In this document: positions 32,182 to 41,476 of the stretch, in pieces
Numbering within the stretch: the first letter of the stretch is position 1
Layout of the letters: every line of letters begins with the position of its first letter
Assembly: GCA_963676565.1 (NCBI GenBank)
Contig: OY781089.1
Span: 2,976,001-3,040,000, forward strand
Source of the DNA: Halarcobacter sp.
GTDB taxonomy: Bacteria; Campylobacterota; Campylobacteria; Campylobacterales; Arcobacteraceae
Length of the DNA stretch: 64,000 nucleotides
Direction: 5' to 3'
Position numbers and translations under genes: made by a program
The notes under the pieces: model-generated
What the model was told of the DNA's origin: nothing
Database searches by the model: none
Seen by the model: the letters and a program-made list of their open reading frames with translations, nothing else

Positions 32182-32547
32182 TTGAAAAGTTTATTTAGTA
32201 ACCTAAAAGAAAAAAATACTTTTATTTTCTTTTTGGTGATATTTGGAATCTTTGCAATTGCATTTGATCCAACTCATAGTGTAGACAAAGTTTTTCTTAC
32301 TAACTTTGACAAGATAAAACATATACTTGCATTTGTAGTGATTAGTTACTTTTTTGTAGAAAGTTCTATAAAACTAAAAGTGATATTAAAAATACTGATT
32401 TTAGTTTTGATAGCTTTTTTTATAGAGTATGTTCAATTTATGATTGGAAGAGAGGCTTCAGTTTTAGACTTCTTTGCTAGTATTAGTGGAGTTGGAATAT
32501 TTTTCCTAGTTAGATTTTTTGTTTTAAAAAATAAATTTACTTTTTAA
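32182..32547 (+). CDS. VanZ-like membrane protein
   Basis: DKIKHILAF..IEYVQ..GREASVLD. TTG start. Confidence 0.8.
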   Translation: MKSLFSNLKEKNTFIFFLVIFGIFAIAFDPTHSVDKVFLTNFDKIKHILAFVVISYFFVESSIKLKVILKILILVLIAFFIEYVQFMIGREASVLDFFASISGVGIFFLVRFFVLKNKFTF

Positions 32548-33679
32548 ATTTATTTTTTAAAACGATATTAAAAGGTCTTATAAGATAATACAAAAAATTT
32601 AAACTTTTTGGAAGTTTTATTACTTTGTAATCATACTCTGTAGGATGAAGCATTGATTTTAGATATTTCAATCTATATGAAGTGTTTTTCAACATAAACC
32701 ATTGAACAGATGAAATCTCTTTTGTATGGATTTTATCTGTATTTTCAAACTCTTTTATAAATCGATAATATATCTTATCTGTATTTTCAATTATTTTTTT
32801 ATCACGAGTGTTTAAATTGATATTTAAATTTATAGAAAATACTTTTTCACAGAGTAATATACTAGATAATACAACTCTATCTGCATCTATTTTTTTTGCA
32901 AGAGACAATACTTTTTCAAAATCTAAAATCTTTTTTACTATTATCAAGTTTATATCTACTAACCATTCTAGTCTTTCCCACATATGTTTATATCCATGAA
33001 TACAAAGATAGATAAAGTGAATTTCATTTGATAAGATATTTACTTCAGAATTTTTTAGTTTATATTTTTGACTAACAAAATAGTTTAATTTTTCTAAGTC
33101 CATAAAAAACTCAGCACTAGACAATGTCCAGTGTGCTTCTATGAGTATATTATTTATTTTATTCAAAAAACTTCTGTCATGTACTATATCAACTAATTTT
33201 TCTTTTTGATACTCTTCTAAATCAAAAACTTCTTCGTAATTTTCTTCAGCTAAAAGTTTTCCTAATCTATTGATATCCTTTAAGCTTACCAAAATATCTA
33301 AATCAACATATTGCCTTAGTGTTATATCATCATATGCCATTTGTGATAGAACAGGCCCTTTGAAAGCTATAGCATTTATACCATTTTCTTCCAAAAGTTT
33401 TGTAACTTTTATAAGTTCAGATGTCATAAGCATGTTTTGCTTAGCTATGTCCATATTGATTAATTTTAATCTTCTAAAAATATCTTCAGGTATAAACTCT
33501 TTAAAATTTTTGATGCTATTGTAGACTAATGGAAAAACTCCATGTTTATAAGAAAGTTCTATAAAAATATCCCAATCCTTTATTAAAAGAATCTTTTCTT
33601 TTAGTAAGTTCTGCTTTGGAATTATTTTACATGATTCTATTATTAATTCTACGTCATTTGATAATTTTTTTAGTTTTAT
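32537..33679 (-). CDS. Nucleotidyltransferase (NTP_transf_5-like); probable non-canonical ATA start
   Basis: FKGPVL..RQYVDLDILV..IEAHW..HGYKHMWERLEWLVD. The frame stays open upstream of ATG 33454 and encodes DW..HGVFPLVY. Confidence 0.82.
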   Translation of the reverse strand: MKLKKLSNDVELIIESCKIIPKQNLLKEKILLIKDWDIFIELSYKHGVFPLVYNSIKNFKEFIPEDIFRRLKLINMDIAKQNMLMTSELIKVTKLLEENGINAIAFKGPVLSQMAYDDITLRQYVDLDILVSLKDINRLGKLLAEENYEEVFDLEEYQKEKLVDIVHDRSFLNKINNILIEAHWTLSSAEFFMDLEKLNYFVSQKYKLKNSEVNILSNEIHFIYLCIHGYKHMWERLEWLVDINLIIVKKILDFEKVLSLAKKIDADRVVLSSILLCEKVFSINLNINLNTRDKKIIENTDKIYYRFIKEFENTDKIHTKEISSVQWFMLKNTSYRLKYLKSMLHPTEYDYKVIKLPKSLNFLYYLIRPFNIVLKNKFKK

Positions 33680-33856
33680 TTTTTTGCCTTTGAAAAATCT
33701 AATTAGATACTATCAAATTATATTAAAAAATAAAATAAAAACTCAAAAACTTACTAATAAAAAATATACAGATTTATTACCTTATTGTAATACTTTTAAG
33801 ATATACTTCCATCTTATTTAAGTATAATACGCAAAATTATTAAAAAGGTAAACTAA

Positions 33857-35002
33857 ATGGCAGAACAGAAAGTAGCACTAATAACAGGAATCACAGGACA
33901 AGATGGTTCATATTTAGCTGAATTTCTTCTAAAAAAAGGTTATATAGTACATGGTATCAAAAGAAGATCTTCTATGTTCAACACAGATAGAATTGATCAC
34001 TTATATGAAGATCCACATGTAGAAAATAGAAACTTAGTATTACACTATGGTGATATGACTGACTCTATGAATATAACAAGAATCATCCAAGAGACTCAAC
34101 CTGATGAAATCTATAACTTAGCTGCGATGTCTCATGTTGCTGTATCTTTTGAAACTCCAGAATATGTAGCAAATGCAGATGGTACAGGAACACTAAGAAT
34201 CTTAGAAGCAGTTAGATTCTTAGGACTTGAAAAGAAAACAAAAATCTATCAAGCAAGTACATCTGAACTATATGGTAAAGTTCAAGAAACACCTCAAAGT
34301 GAAACAACTCCTTTTTATCCAAGATCACCTTATGCAGTTGCAAAGATGTATGCATATTGGATTACTGTAAACTATAGAGAAGCATATGATATGTTTGCTT
34401 GTAATGGTATTTTATTTAACCATGAGTCTCCTGTTAGAGGTGAAACATTTGTAACTAGAAAGATTACAAGAGCAGCTTCAAAGATTGCTTTAGGATTACA
34501 AGAAAAACTATATCTTGGAAACCTTGATGCAAAAAGAGACTGGGGACATGCAAAAGACTATGTTAGAATGATGTGGATGATTTTACAAGCAGAACAACCA
34601 GAAGATTGGGTTATAGCAACTGGACAAACAACTACTGTAAGAGACTTTGTGAAATTTGCCTTTGAATATGCAGGTATAAACCTAAGATTTGAAAATGAAG
34701 GTGTAGATGAAGTTGGTATAATAGATAACTTTGATGAAGCAAAAGCAAAAGAATCAGGAATCGATTTATCTCACTTAAGTATCAATCAAACAGTTGTAGG
34801 TGTAGATCCAAGATACTTTAGACCAACAGAAGTTGACTTACTTCTTGGAGATCCAAGTAAAGCAGAAAAGAAACTTGGATGGAATAGAGAATATAACTTA
34901 CAAGAGTTAGTTGATGATATGATGAAATCAGACCTTAAACTTATGACAAAAGACACTTATCTAAAAGATGGTGGTTATAAGATTATGAATTATTTTGAAT
35001 AG
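33857..35002 (+). CDS. gmd: GDP-mannose 4,6-dehydratase
   Basis: [41 protein letters not shown]. Confidence 0.98.
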   Translation: MAEQKVALITGITGQDGSYLAEFLLKKGYIVHGIKRRSSMFNTDRIDHLYEDPHVENRNLVLHYGDMTDSMNITRIIQETQPDEIYNLAAMSHVAVSFETPEYVANADGTGTLRILEAVRFLGLEKKTKIYQASTSELYGKVQETPQSETTPFYPRSPYAVAKMYAYWITVNYREAYDMFACNGILFNHESPVRGETFVTRKITRAASKIALGLQEKLYLGNLDAKRDWGHAKDYVRMMWMILQAEQPEDWVIATGQTTTVRDFVKFAFEYAGINLRFENEGVDEVGIIDNFDEAKAKESGIDLSHLSINQTVVGVDPRYFRPTEVDLLLGDPSKAEKKLGWNREYNLQELVDDMMKSDLKLMTKDTYLKDGGYKIMNYFE

Positions 35003-35014
35003 TAGTAATTAGTT

Positions 35015-35023
35015 TGCTATAAT
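35015..35023 (+). promoter_or_regulatory. Extended -10 promoter for the toxin-antitoxin pair
   Basis: TGCTATAAT, followed by AGGAG and ATG 35042. Confidence 0.65.
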
Positions 35024-35041
35024 TGTTATCAGGAGTTAAAA

Positions 35042-35236
35042 ATGAGTTTAGATGAAATAAAAAAATTAGATGTAAAAGATAGAATCATTTTAATGAATGA
35101 AATCTGGGCTACTTTAGAAGAAGAAGATAGTAATATTGAATCTCCATCTTGGCACAAAGAAGTTTTAGAAGAAAGACTTCAAAAACTTGATAACAATAAA
35201 GCAGAATTTATCTCACTTGAAGACTTAAAAGCTTAA
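35042..35236 (+). CDS. Addiction-module antitoxin component
   Basis: 64 aa; L..DRI.LM..IW..L...SPSWHKEVLEERL. Overlaps the toxin start. Confidence 0.82.
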   Translation: MSLDEIKKLDVKDRIILMNEIWATLEEEDSNIESPSWHKEVLEERLQKLDNNKAEFISLEDLKA

Positions 35237-35559
35237 TGAATATAAAAAACATAATAGCTTTAAAAGAAGTTTCAAATGATTTGAAATTAGGCGAAGAATT
35301 TTATGAAAAACAAAATCATGGATTGGGTTCATACTTTAAAGATAGCATAATATCTGACATAGAGTCTTTATGGCTTTATGGAGGAATTCATCAAAAAGTA
35401 TTTGGTTTGTATCGATTGCTTTCTAAAAGATTTCCGTATGGAATTTATTATGTCATCAAAGATGAAACAGTTATAGTAGTAGCTATTCTTGATTTAAGAC
35501 AAAACCCTAAAAAAATTTCTTCATATTTAAATAATAGAAATACTAAAAAAGAATATTGA
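35236..35559 (+). CDS. RelE/ParE-family toxin
   Basis: [30 protein letters not shown]. Confidence 0.82.
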   Translation: MNIKNIIALKEVSNDLKLGEEFYEKQNHGLGSYFKDSIISDIESLWLYGGIHQKVFGLYRLLSKRFPYGIYYVIKDETVIVVAILDLRQNPKKISSYLNNRNTKKEY

Positions 35560-35560
35560 A

Positions 35561-36610
35561 ATGAACAAAGATAGTAAAATATATATAGCAGGACACAGAG
35601 GATTAGTTGGTTCTGCTATTGTTAAAAACTTAGAATCAAAGGGTTATACAAATCTTGTATATAAAACTCATAAAGAACTAGACCTAACTTCACAAGTAGA
35701 AGTAGCTAAGTTTTTTGAAGATGAAAAACCAGAATATGTAATACTAGCAGCTGCTAAAGTTGGTGGTATAGTTGCAAACAATACATATAGAGGTGAATTT
35801 ATATATGAGAATCTTGCTATTCAAAACAATGTAATCCACCAATCATATGTAAATGGTGTAAAAAAATTATTGTTTTTAGGTAGTACTTGTATCTATCCAA
35901 AAGAAGCACCACAACCTATGCCAGAAAATTGCCTTTTAACTTCACCCTTAGAATATACAAATGAGCCATATGCAATAGCTAAAATTGCAGGTATAAAAAT
36001 GTGTGAATCATATAACTTACAATATGCTACAAACTTTATATCTGTAATGCCAACAAATCTATATGGACCAAATGACAACTTTGATTTAGAAAAATCTCAT
36101 GTGTTGCCAGCACTTATTAGAAAAATTCATTGTGCTAAGCTTTTATATGAAGGGAGAGAAGACGAAGTTGCAAAAGAGTTAGGTATTGAAAATATTGATG
36201 ATGCAAAAGAGTATTTAGAAGGTTTTGGAGTAGATGCCTCTTCAGTTGAAATTTGGGGAACAGGAAAACCAAGACGAGAGTTTTTATATAGTGAAGATAT
36301 GGCTGATGCTTGTGTATTTTTATTAGAAAATAGAGACTTTAGTGATACCTATGAAAAAGACTCAAAAGAAGTAAGAAATACCCATATCAATATTGGAACT
36401 GGTGTAGATATATCAATCAAAGAACTGGCAGAGCTTATACAAAAAATTATTGGTTTTGAAGGTGAATTAAAATTTAATATCAATAAACCAGATGGTACAA
36501 TGGTTAAATTAACTGATCCGTCTAAATTACACAGTTTAGGATGGAAACACAAAGTTGAACTTGAAGATGGTATTAAAACTATGTATGAGTGGTATTTAAA
36601 TAATAAATAA
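35561..36610 (+). CDS. fcl: GDP-L-fucose synthase
   Basis: [40 protein letters not shown]. Confidence 0.96.
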   Translation: MNKDSKIYIAGHRGLVGSAIVKNLESKGYTNLVYKTHKELDLTSQVEVAKFFEDEKPEYVILAAAKVGGIVANNTYRGEFIYENLAIQNNVIHQSYVNGVKKLLFLGSTCIYPKEAPQPMPENCLLTSPLEYTNEPYAIAKIAGIKMCESYNLQYATNFISVMPTNLYGPNDNFDLEKSHVLPALIRKIHCAKLLYEGREDEVAKELGIENIDDAKEYLEGFGVDASSVEIWGTGKPRREFLYSEDMADACVFLLENRDFSDTYEKDSKEVRNTHINIGTGVDISIKELAELIQKIIGFEGELKFNINKPDGTMVKLTDPSKLHSLGWKHKVELEDGIKTMYEWYLNNK

Positions 36611-36611
36611 A

Positions 36612-37073
36612 ATGTTTTTAGATAAAGAAACTTTTAGTACAATTATTGCAAATGCACCACTTATCTCTATTGATTTAATAATCAAAAATAGCGAAGATAA
36701 AGTTCTACTAGGTAAAAGAATAAACAAACCAGCAAAAAACAGTTGGTTTGTTCCTGGTGGAAGAGTTTTCAAAGATGAAAAAATAGATGATGCTTTTAAA
36801 AGAATCACACAAAATGAGATTGGTGTTGAATACAATATCAAAAGTGCTTCTTTTAAAGGTATATATCAACACTTTTATGATGACAATGTTTTTGGTGATG
36901 ATTTTTCTACCCATTATATTGTGTTAAGTTTTGAACTTAGAATTACAAATACACCTATGACAAATAATCAACATGAAAATTATAGATGGTTTGAAGAAGA
37001 TGAACTAATGAAAAGTGATGATGTATACTTTTTTGTAAAAGACTATTTTGATAAAGATAAGGGGATTAGATGA
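36612..37073 (+). CDS. gmm: GDP-mannose mannosyl hydrolase (Nudix)
   Basis: PLISIDLI, WFVPGGRV.KDE, FSTHYIVL, QH..YRW. Confidence 0.92.
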   Translation: MFLDKETFSTIIANAPLISIDLIIKNSEDKVLLGKRINKPAKNSWFVPGGRVFKDEKIDDAFKRITQNEIGVEYNIKSASFKGIYQHFYDDNVFGDDFSTHYIVLSFELRITNTPMTNNQHENYRWFEEDELMKSDDVYFFVKDYFDKDKGIR

Positions 37074-38440
37074 CTAATATAATACTATGTGGAGGTAGTG
37101 GAACAAGATTATGGCCAATAAGTAGAACACTTATGCCAAAACAATTTGTAAAATTGTTTGATGAAAAATCTTTATTTCAATTAACTGTTCAAAGAAATTC
37201 AAAAGTTTGTAATAGTCAATTTATAGTTTCAAATGCTGAACAATATTTTCTTTCTGTTGATCAATTAGAAGAATTAAAAAAAGAGAATAATAAATACCTT
37301 CTTGAACCTGTTGGAAGAAATACTGCCCCTGCTATTGCTTTGGCTTGTATGGAGTTAGATTCTGAGGAGATAGTATTAGTAACACCAAGTGATCATCTAA
37401 TTAAAGATGAAGAAGAGTATTCAAAAGTTTTAGAAAAAGCAAAAGAATTAGCACTTGAAGATAATCTAGTAACTTTTGGTATTACTCCAACATTTGCTGA
37501 AACTGGATTTGGATACATAGAAAGTGAAAATGAATATGATGTAAAAGCTTTCCATGAAAAACCTGACTTTGAAACAGCAACTTCGTATTTAAAAGCTGGA
37601 AACTATTATTGGAATAGTGGTATGTTTATGTTTAAAGCTGGAGTATTTTTAGAGGAATTAAAAAAATATTCTCCTGAGATATTTGATACTAGTAAAGATG
37701 CTTTAACAAACTCTTCTAAAGATGATATTACAAGAATAAAATATGATGATATGATGAAAATCCCTGAAGATAGTATCGATTATGCAGTTATGGAAAAATC
37801 TTCAAAAGTAAAAGTTGTTCCATCTAATATTAATTGGTCAGATGTAGGAAGTTTTGATTCTTTATATGAAGAACTTCCAAAAGATGAAAATGGAAATACC
37901 TTAAATAAAAATCATGTGTCAATAGATAGTAAAAACAATCTAATCTATGGAAAACAAAGAAAAATTGCAACTGTTGATATTGAAGATTGTATTATAGTTG
38001 ATACTGGAGATGCTTTACTTATATCTAAAAAGGGAAGCTCACAAAAGGTTAAAAAAGTAGTTGCAGAAGTTAGAAAAACAACAGAACTACACAATATTCA
38101 CTTAACTGGCTATAGACCATGGGGTTCATATACAGTTTTAGAAGATACTCCTGGATATAAAATCAAAAGAATTGATGTAAAACCAGGGAAAAGACTAAGC
38201 TTACAAAAACATTTCCATAGAAATGAACACTGGATTGTCGTAAGTGGAACTGCTACAGTTACAGTTGGTGAAGAAACAAAACTAGTAAGACCAAATGAAT
38301 CTATTTATATAAAAATGGGTGAATTACATAGACTAGCAAATGAAGGGAAAATTCCTGTAGTACTTATAGAAGCACAAGTTGGCGAGTATACAGGTGAAGA
38401 TGATATCGTAAGAATTGATGATGATTTTAAAAGGGATTAA
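37070..38440 (+). CDS. manC: Mannose-1-phosphate guanylyltransferase/isomerase
   Basis: GGSGTRLWPISR..PKQF, EPVGRNTAPA, WNSGMF, and a C-terminal cupin (RPWG..HRNEHW). Confidence 0.97.
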   Translation: MTNIILCGGSGTRLWPISRTLMPKQFVKLFDEKSLFQLTVQRNSKVCNSQFIVSNAEQYFLSVDQLEELKKENNKYLLEPVGRNTAPAIALACMELDSEEIVLVTPSDHLIKDEEEYSKVLEKAKELALEDNLVTFGITPTFAETGFGYIESENEYDVKAFHEKPDFETATSYLKAGNYYWNSGMFMFKAGVFLEELKKYSPEIFDTSKDALTNSSKDDITRIKYDDMMKIPEDSIDYAVMEKSSKVKVVPSNINWSDVGSFDSLYEELPKDENGNTLNKNHVSIDSKNNLIYGKQRKIATVDIEDCIIVDTGDALLISKKGSSQKVKKVVAEVRKTTELHNIHLTGYRPWGSYTVLEDTPGYKIKRIDVKPGKRLSLQKHFHRNEHWIVVSGTATVTVGEETKLVRPNESIYIKMGELHRLANEGKIPVVLIEAQVGEYTGEDDIVRIDDDFKRD

Positions 38441-39856
38441 ATGAAAACTATAAAAGAAGTTATTACTCAAAGTGATGTTAAATTTGGGACTAGTGGAGCA
38501 AGAGGTTTAGTTACTGAATTCACAACTGAAGTATGTACAGCTTTTACTATCTCTTTTTTAGATGCCATGAAAAAAAGCTTTGAGTTTAAAAAAATTGCAG
38601 TTGCAATGGATAATCGTCCAAGCAGTCCTGAAATAAGTTCTATAATTTGTGGGGCTATAAAAGCCTATGGTTATGAAGTAGATTTTTATGGAGTGATTCC
38701 TACTCCAGCATTAGCCCTACAAGCTATGGCAGATAAAATACCATCTATTATGATAACAGGAAGTCATATCCCCTTTGATAGAAATGGTATCAAGTTTTAT
38801 AGACCAGATGGTGAGATATCAAAAGATGATGAAATAGCTATTTTAAATAATACCAACCAAATAGTTGATGTCAATAGTTATTTACCAAAAGTAGAAGACA
38901 CTGCAGCAACAAATTATATTAACAGATACGCAAACTATTTTGGGGAAAACTGCTTAGATGGTCTTAAAATTGGTATTTATGAACACTCAAGTGCAGGTAG
39001 AAATTTGTATTCAAAACTTTTTACAAATTTAGGTGCAGAGGTCATTTCTCTTGGAAGATCTGATGAGTTTATACCAATAGACACAGAAGCAGTTTCAGAT
39101 GAAGATAAACAAAGAGGAAAAGACTGGTCAAAAGAATATAACTTTGATACTATTTTTTCTACAGATGGAGATGGAGATAGACCATTAATTGCTGATGAAA
39201 ATGGTGACTGGTTAAGAGGTGATATTGTTGGTTTAATGACTTCCAATATCCTTGGGGTTAAAGCTTTAGCTGTGCCTGTTAGTTGTAATACAGCTATTGA
39301 AAAAAGTGGCTTTTTTGAAAAAGTAAAAAGAACAAAAATTGGATCACCTTATGTTATAGAAGCCTTTGAAGAGTTAAATACTTACAAATCAATTGCAGGG
39401 TTTGAAGCAAATGGTGGTTTTCTATTAGGTTCAGCACTTGAACAAAATGGAACTATTTTAGATGCATTACCAACTAGGGATGCCCTGCTTCCATTTATAG
39501 TATTAGCTAGTTTTACAGTAAAAGAAAAGACAAGACTTTCTAAACTTATTGAAAATTTACCAAAACGTTTTACATCAAGTGATAGAATTCAAAATTTTCC
39601 AAGAGAAAAGAGTATTAAACTTATAAATAAAGGTGTAGAAAATCCAAATAACCTATTAGAAATGTTAGGTTTTGAAAATCTAAAAATAGTAGACATAAAT
39701 CAAATTGATGGATTGAGACTGACATTTGATAATGATGTAATCATACATCTAAGACCTTCTGGTAATGCACCAGAGTTACGTTGTTATGTAGAAACTAATA
39801 ATCAAGATACTTCAGATAAGCTAGTAAAACAAACCTTAACTTCAATTTCACAATAA
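38441..39856 (+). CDS. manB: Phosphomannomutase
   Basis: FGTSGARG, TGSHIP, DGDGDR, GFEANGG, LRPSGNAPELR. Confidence 0.95.
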   Translation: MKTIKEVITQSDVKFGTSGARGLVTEFTTEVCTAFTISFLDAMKKSFEFKKIAVAMDNRPSSPEISSIICGAIKAYGYEVDFYGVIPTPALALQAMADKIPSIMITGSHIPFDRNGIKFYRPDGEISKDDEIAILNNTNQIVDVNSYLPKVEDTAATNYINRYANYFGENCLDGLKIGIYEHSSAGRNLYSKLFTNLGAEVISLGRSDEFIPIDTEAVSDEDKQRGKDWSKEYNFDTIFSTDGDGDRPLIADENGDWLRGDIVGLMTSNILGVKALAVPVSCNTAIEKSGFFEKVKRTKIGSPYVIEAFEELNTYKSIAGFEANGGFLLGSALEQNGTILDALPTRDALLPFIVLASFTVKEKTRLSKLIENLPKRFTSSDRIQNFPREKSIKLINKGVENPNNLLEMLGFENLKIVDINQIDGLRLTFDNDVIIHLRPSGNAPELRCYVETNNQDTSDKLVKQTLTSISQ

Positions 39857-39859
39857 AAA

Positions 39860-39880
39860 AGAACCCATATTTTGGGTTCT
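39860..39880. terminator. Hairpin terminator between manB and the PqqD gene
   Basis: AGAACCCA-TATTT-TGGGTTCT, with an A-run on the left that serves as the U-tract on the minus strand. Confidence 0.7.
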
Positions 39881-39886
39881 AAAGTG

Positions 39887-40159
39887 TTATGAGATAGTAA
39901 TCAAACCTTTGTTTGCTACTTCTTGAATAAAATTTAAAATATCATTTTCAACTTGTTTTTCATCCACCTCATAATTTGAGATTATCTCTTCTTTTACTTT
40001 ATTTAAATCTTTTTTTTCTTCTAAAGTTTCCCAAATAAAAGTTCCAATCTCATTTATAGAAAAATACTCATTGGTATTACTATCAAGTAAAATTGTTTCA
40101 TCATCTACTTTTTGTAAAAAAAGTGTATCTGGTATATTTATTTTTGTATCTAGTGTCAT
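39887..40159 (-). CDS. Stand-alone PqqD-family RiPP recognition element
   Basis: 90 aa; VDDETILLD..YFSINEIGTFIW..YEVDEKQVENDILNFI..KGLI is the typical lasso B1/PqqD pattern. Confidence 0.92.
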   Translation of the reverse strand: MTLDTKINIPDTLFLQKVDDETILLDSNTNEYFSINEIGTFIWETLEEKKDLNKVKEEIISNYEVDEKQVENDILNFIQEVANKGLITIS

Positions 40160-40162
40160 ATT

Positions 40163-41020
40163 TTATATTACCTTTTTATTTTTTATAAATTTTACAATAG
40201 CTTGATAAACCTCTTCAAGTCTATTTAAATCCCAAGGAATAGTTATATCATATATATCTACTTTATTTGCTATATTTGTCAAAGCTTTAAATCTTTGTTT
40301 TTTATGAATAGGCAAATCTATTTCTGTGGAATATCTTATAATCTTAAATTTATCAATTCCTAAAGTTTGTGAAACTTTTATTTCACATAGCGGATCAGAT
40401 TTTATTAAATTTAATATACAATTAATTGGTTTAGATTCTTCTGCAAAATTCTCTACAAATAATCCTAAATCTTCCATTTTACGATAAGGTCTATGATATG
40501 GATATGAAGGTACAGAAAAAATCATATTATCTTTTTCAAAAGTTGCTACTTTATCATCAGATATCATAGTATGACCTTTTTTTATAAAGAAATCTGTTAA
40601 GGTAGATTTTCCACCAAATGAATTTGCTACAAACAAAACTGAGGTATCTTCAATCTCCACAGCCCCGGCATGTAAGAAATAATACTTGTTTTCAAAGGTA
40701 AGTAGTATGGGGAAATAGGTATGTTTCAACCAATAGTCTACTAATTTATCTGTAGTTCCATCCGCTTTTGAGTATGTTATTAGATTAGAGTTGATTTTAC
40801 TTGAAAAAGTAACAACATCTCTAACTGTGAAACTTATTATTTGATTAGATTCTATTCTAGAGAAAGGTTTTTCACTTTGAATAAAAACTTCTCTAAGCTG
40901 ATTATTGTGAAGTTCTATCTTATAATTGAGTTTATTAGTAGAAGTTTGTTCTTCTACTAATGTGTATCTATTAGGACTCTGTTTTTTATTTATTTCTAAA
41001 TGGTATCCAAATAAATACAT
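40163..41020 (-). CDS. HPr-kinase-related P-loop kinase
   Basis: LHAGAVEI..ANSFGGKST..ISDD. Confidence 0.85.
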   Translation of the reverse strand: MYLFGYHLEINKKQSPNRYTLVEEQTSTNKLNYKIELHNNQLREVFIQSEKPFSRIESNQIISFTVRDVVTFSSKINSNLITYSKADGTTDKLVDYWLKHTYFPILLTFENKYYFLHAGAVEIEDTSVLFVANSFGGKSTLTDFFIKKGHTMISDDKVATFEKDNMIFSVPSYPYHRPYRKMEDLGLFVENFAEESKPINCILNLIKSDPLCEIKVSQTLGIDKFKIIRYSTEIDLPIHKKQRFKALTNIANKVDIYDITIPWDLNRLEEVYQAIVKFIKNKKVI

Positions 41021-41042
41021 TAATACTTTTTACTATATGTTA

Positions 41043-41264
41043 CTAGTTAAATGAACTTCTTCTTATTCCACCTCTATCATCATTTGATGGATCAGTACCA
41101 GGTCCAGTTACTGAAGTAGAAGTATCTCTATTTACAGTATTACTTGCTGCTGCTGATGTAGGGATTGTCATTGAACCTAAAGCAACTATTGCAGGTGCTG
41201 CATATGCTGCTTTTTTTAGGAAACTTCTTCTGCTGTTTTTATTTTCTTCTACAATTTTATCCAT
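41043..41264 (-). CDS. Small peptide with twin-arginine and YxxP motifs; candidate RiPP precursor
   Basis: 73 aa with GGAG RBS; SRRSFLKK-AAYAAPAI, AAA site and Ser/Thr/Asp/Gly-rich tail. First gene ahead of the kinase and RRE. Confidence 0.8.
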   Translation of the reverse strand: MDKIVEENKNSRRSFLKKAAYAAPAIVALGSMTIPTSAAASNTVNRDTSTSVTGPGTDPSNDDRGGIRRSSFN

Positions 41265-41294
41265 TTTATATTCTCCAAAATTTTTTATAATGGC

Positions 41295-41303
41295 ATTATA
41301 ACA
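41295..41303 (-). promoter_or_regulatory. Extended -10 promoter for the peptide-kinase-RRE operon
   Basis: Minus-strand TGTTATAAT about 30 nt upstream of ATG 41264. Confidence 0.6.
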
Positions 41304-41476
41304 TAAAAACTTTCTAATAATATTAGAAGTTACTTAAAAAATATACAGCTACGTTATAATGTTATTTTTGTAACTATTTTGTAACTTTAAAATTTTAGCT
41401 ATTTTTTAGACAGTTTTATTTGATATTTAATAACTCATTGTGTTATGATAACAAAAAAATTTATAAAAGGATGTTT

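Noticed and set aside
39887..41264. Canonical lasso peptide or PQQ cluster
   Set aside because: No cyclase, B2 peptidase or pqqBCE genes are in the window. A core starting SNTVNRD has Asp at position 7, but the usual Thr at -2 is absent. Trans-encoded enzymes cannot be excluded.
41420..41476. Longer wza start at TTG 41420
   Set aside because: It overlaps the likely -10 box. The RBS and lipoprotein signal length favour ATG 41477.
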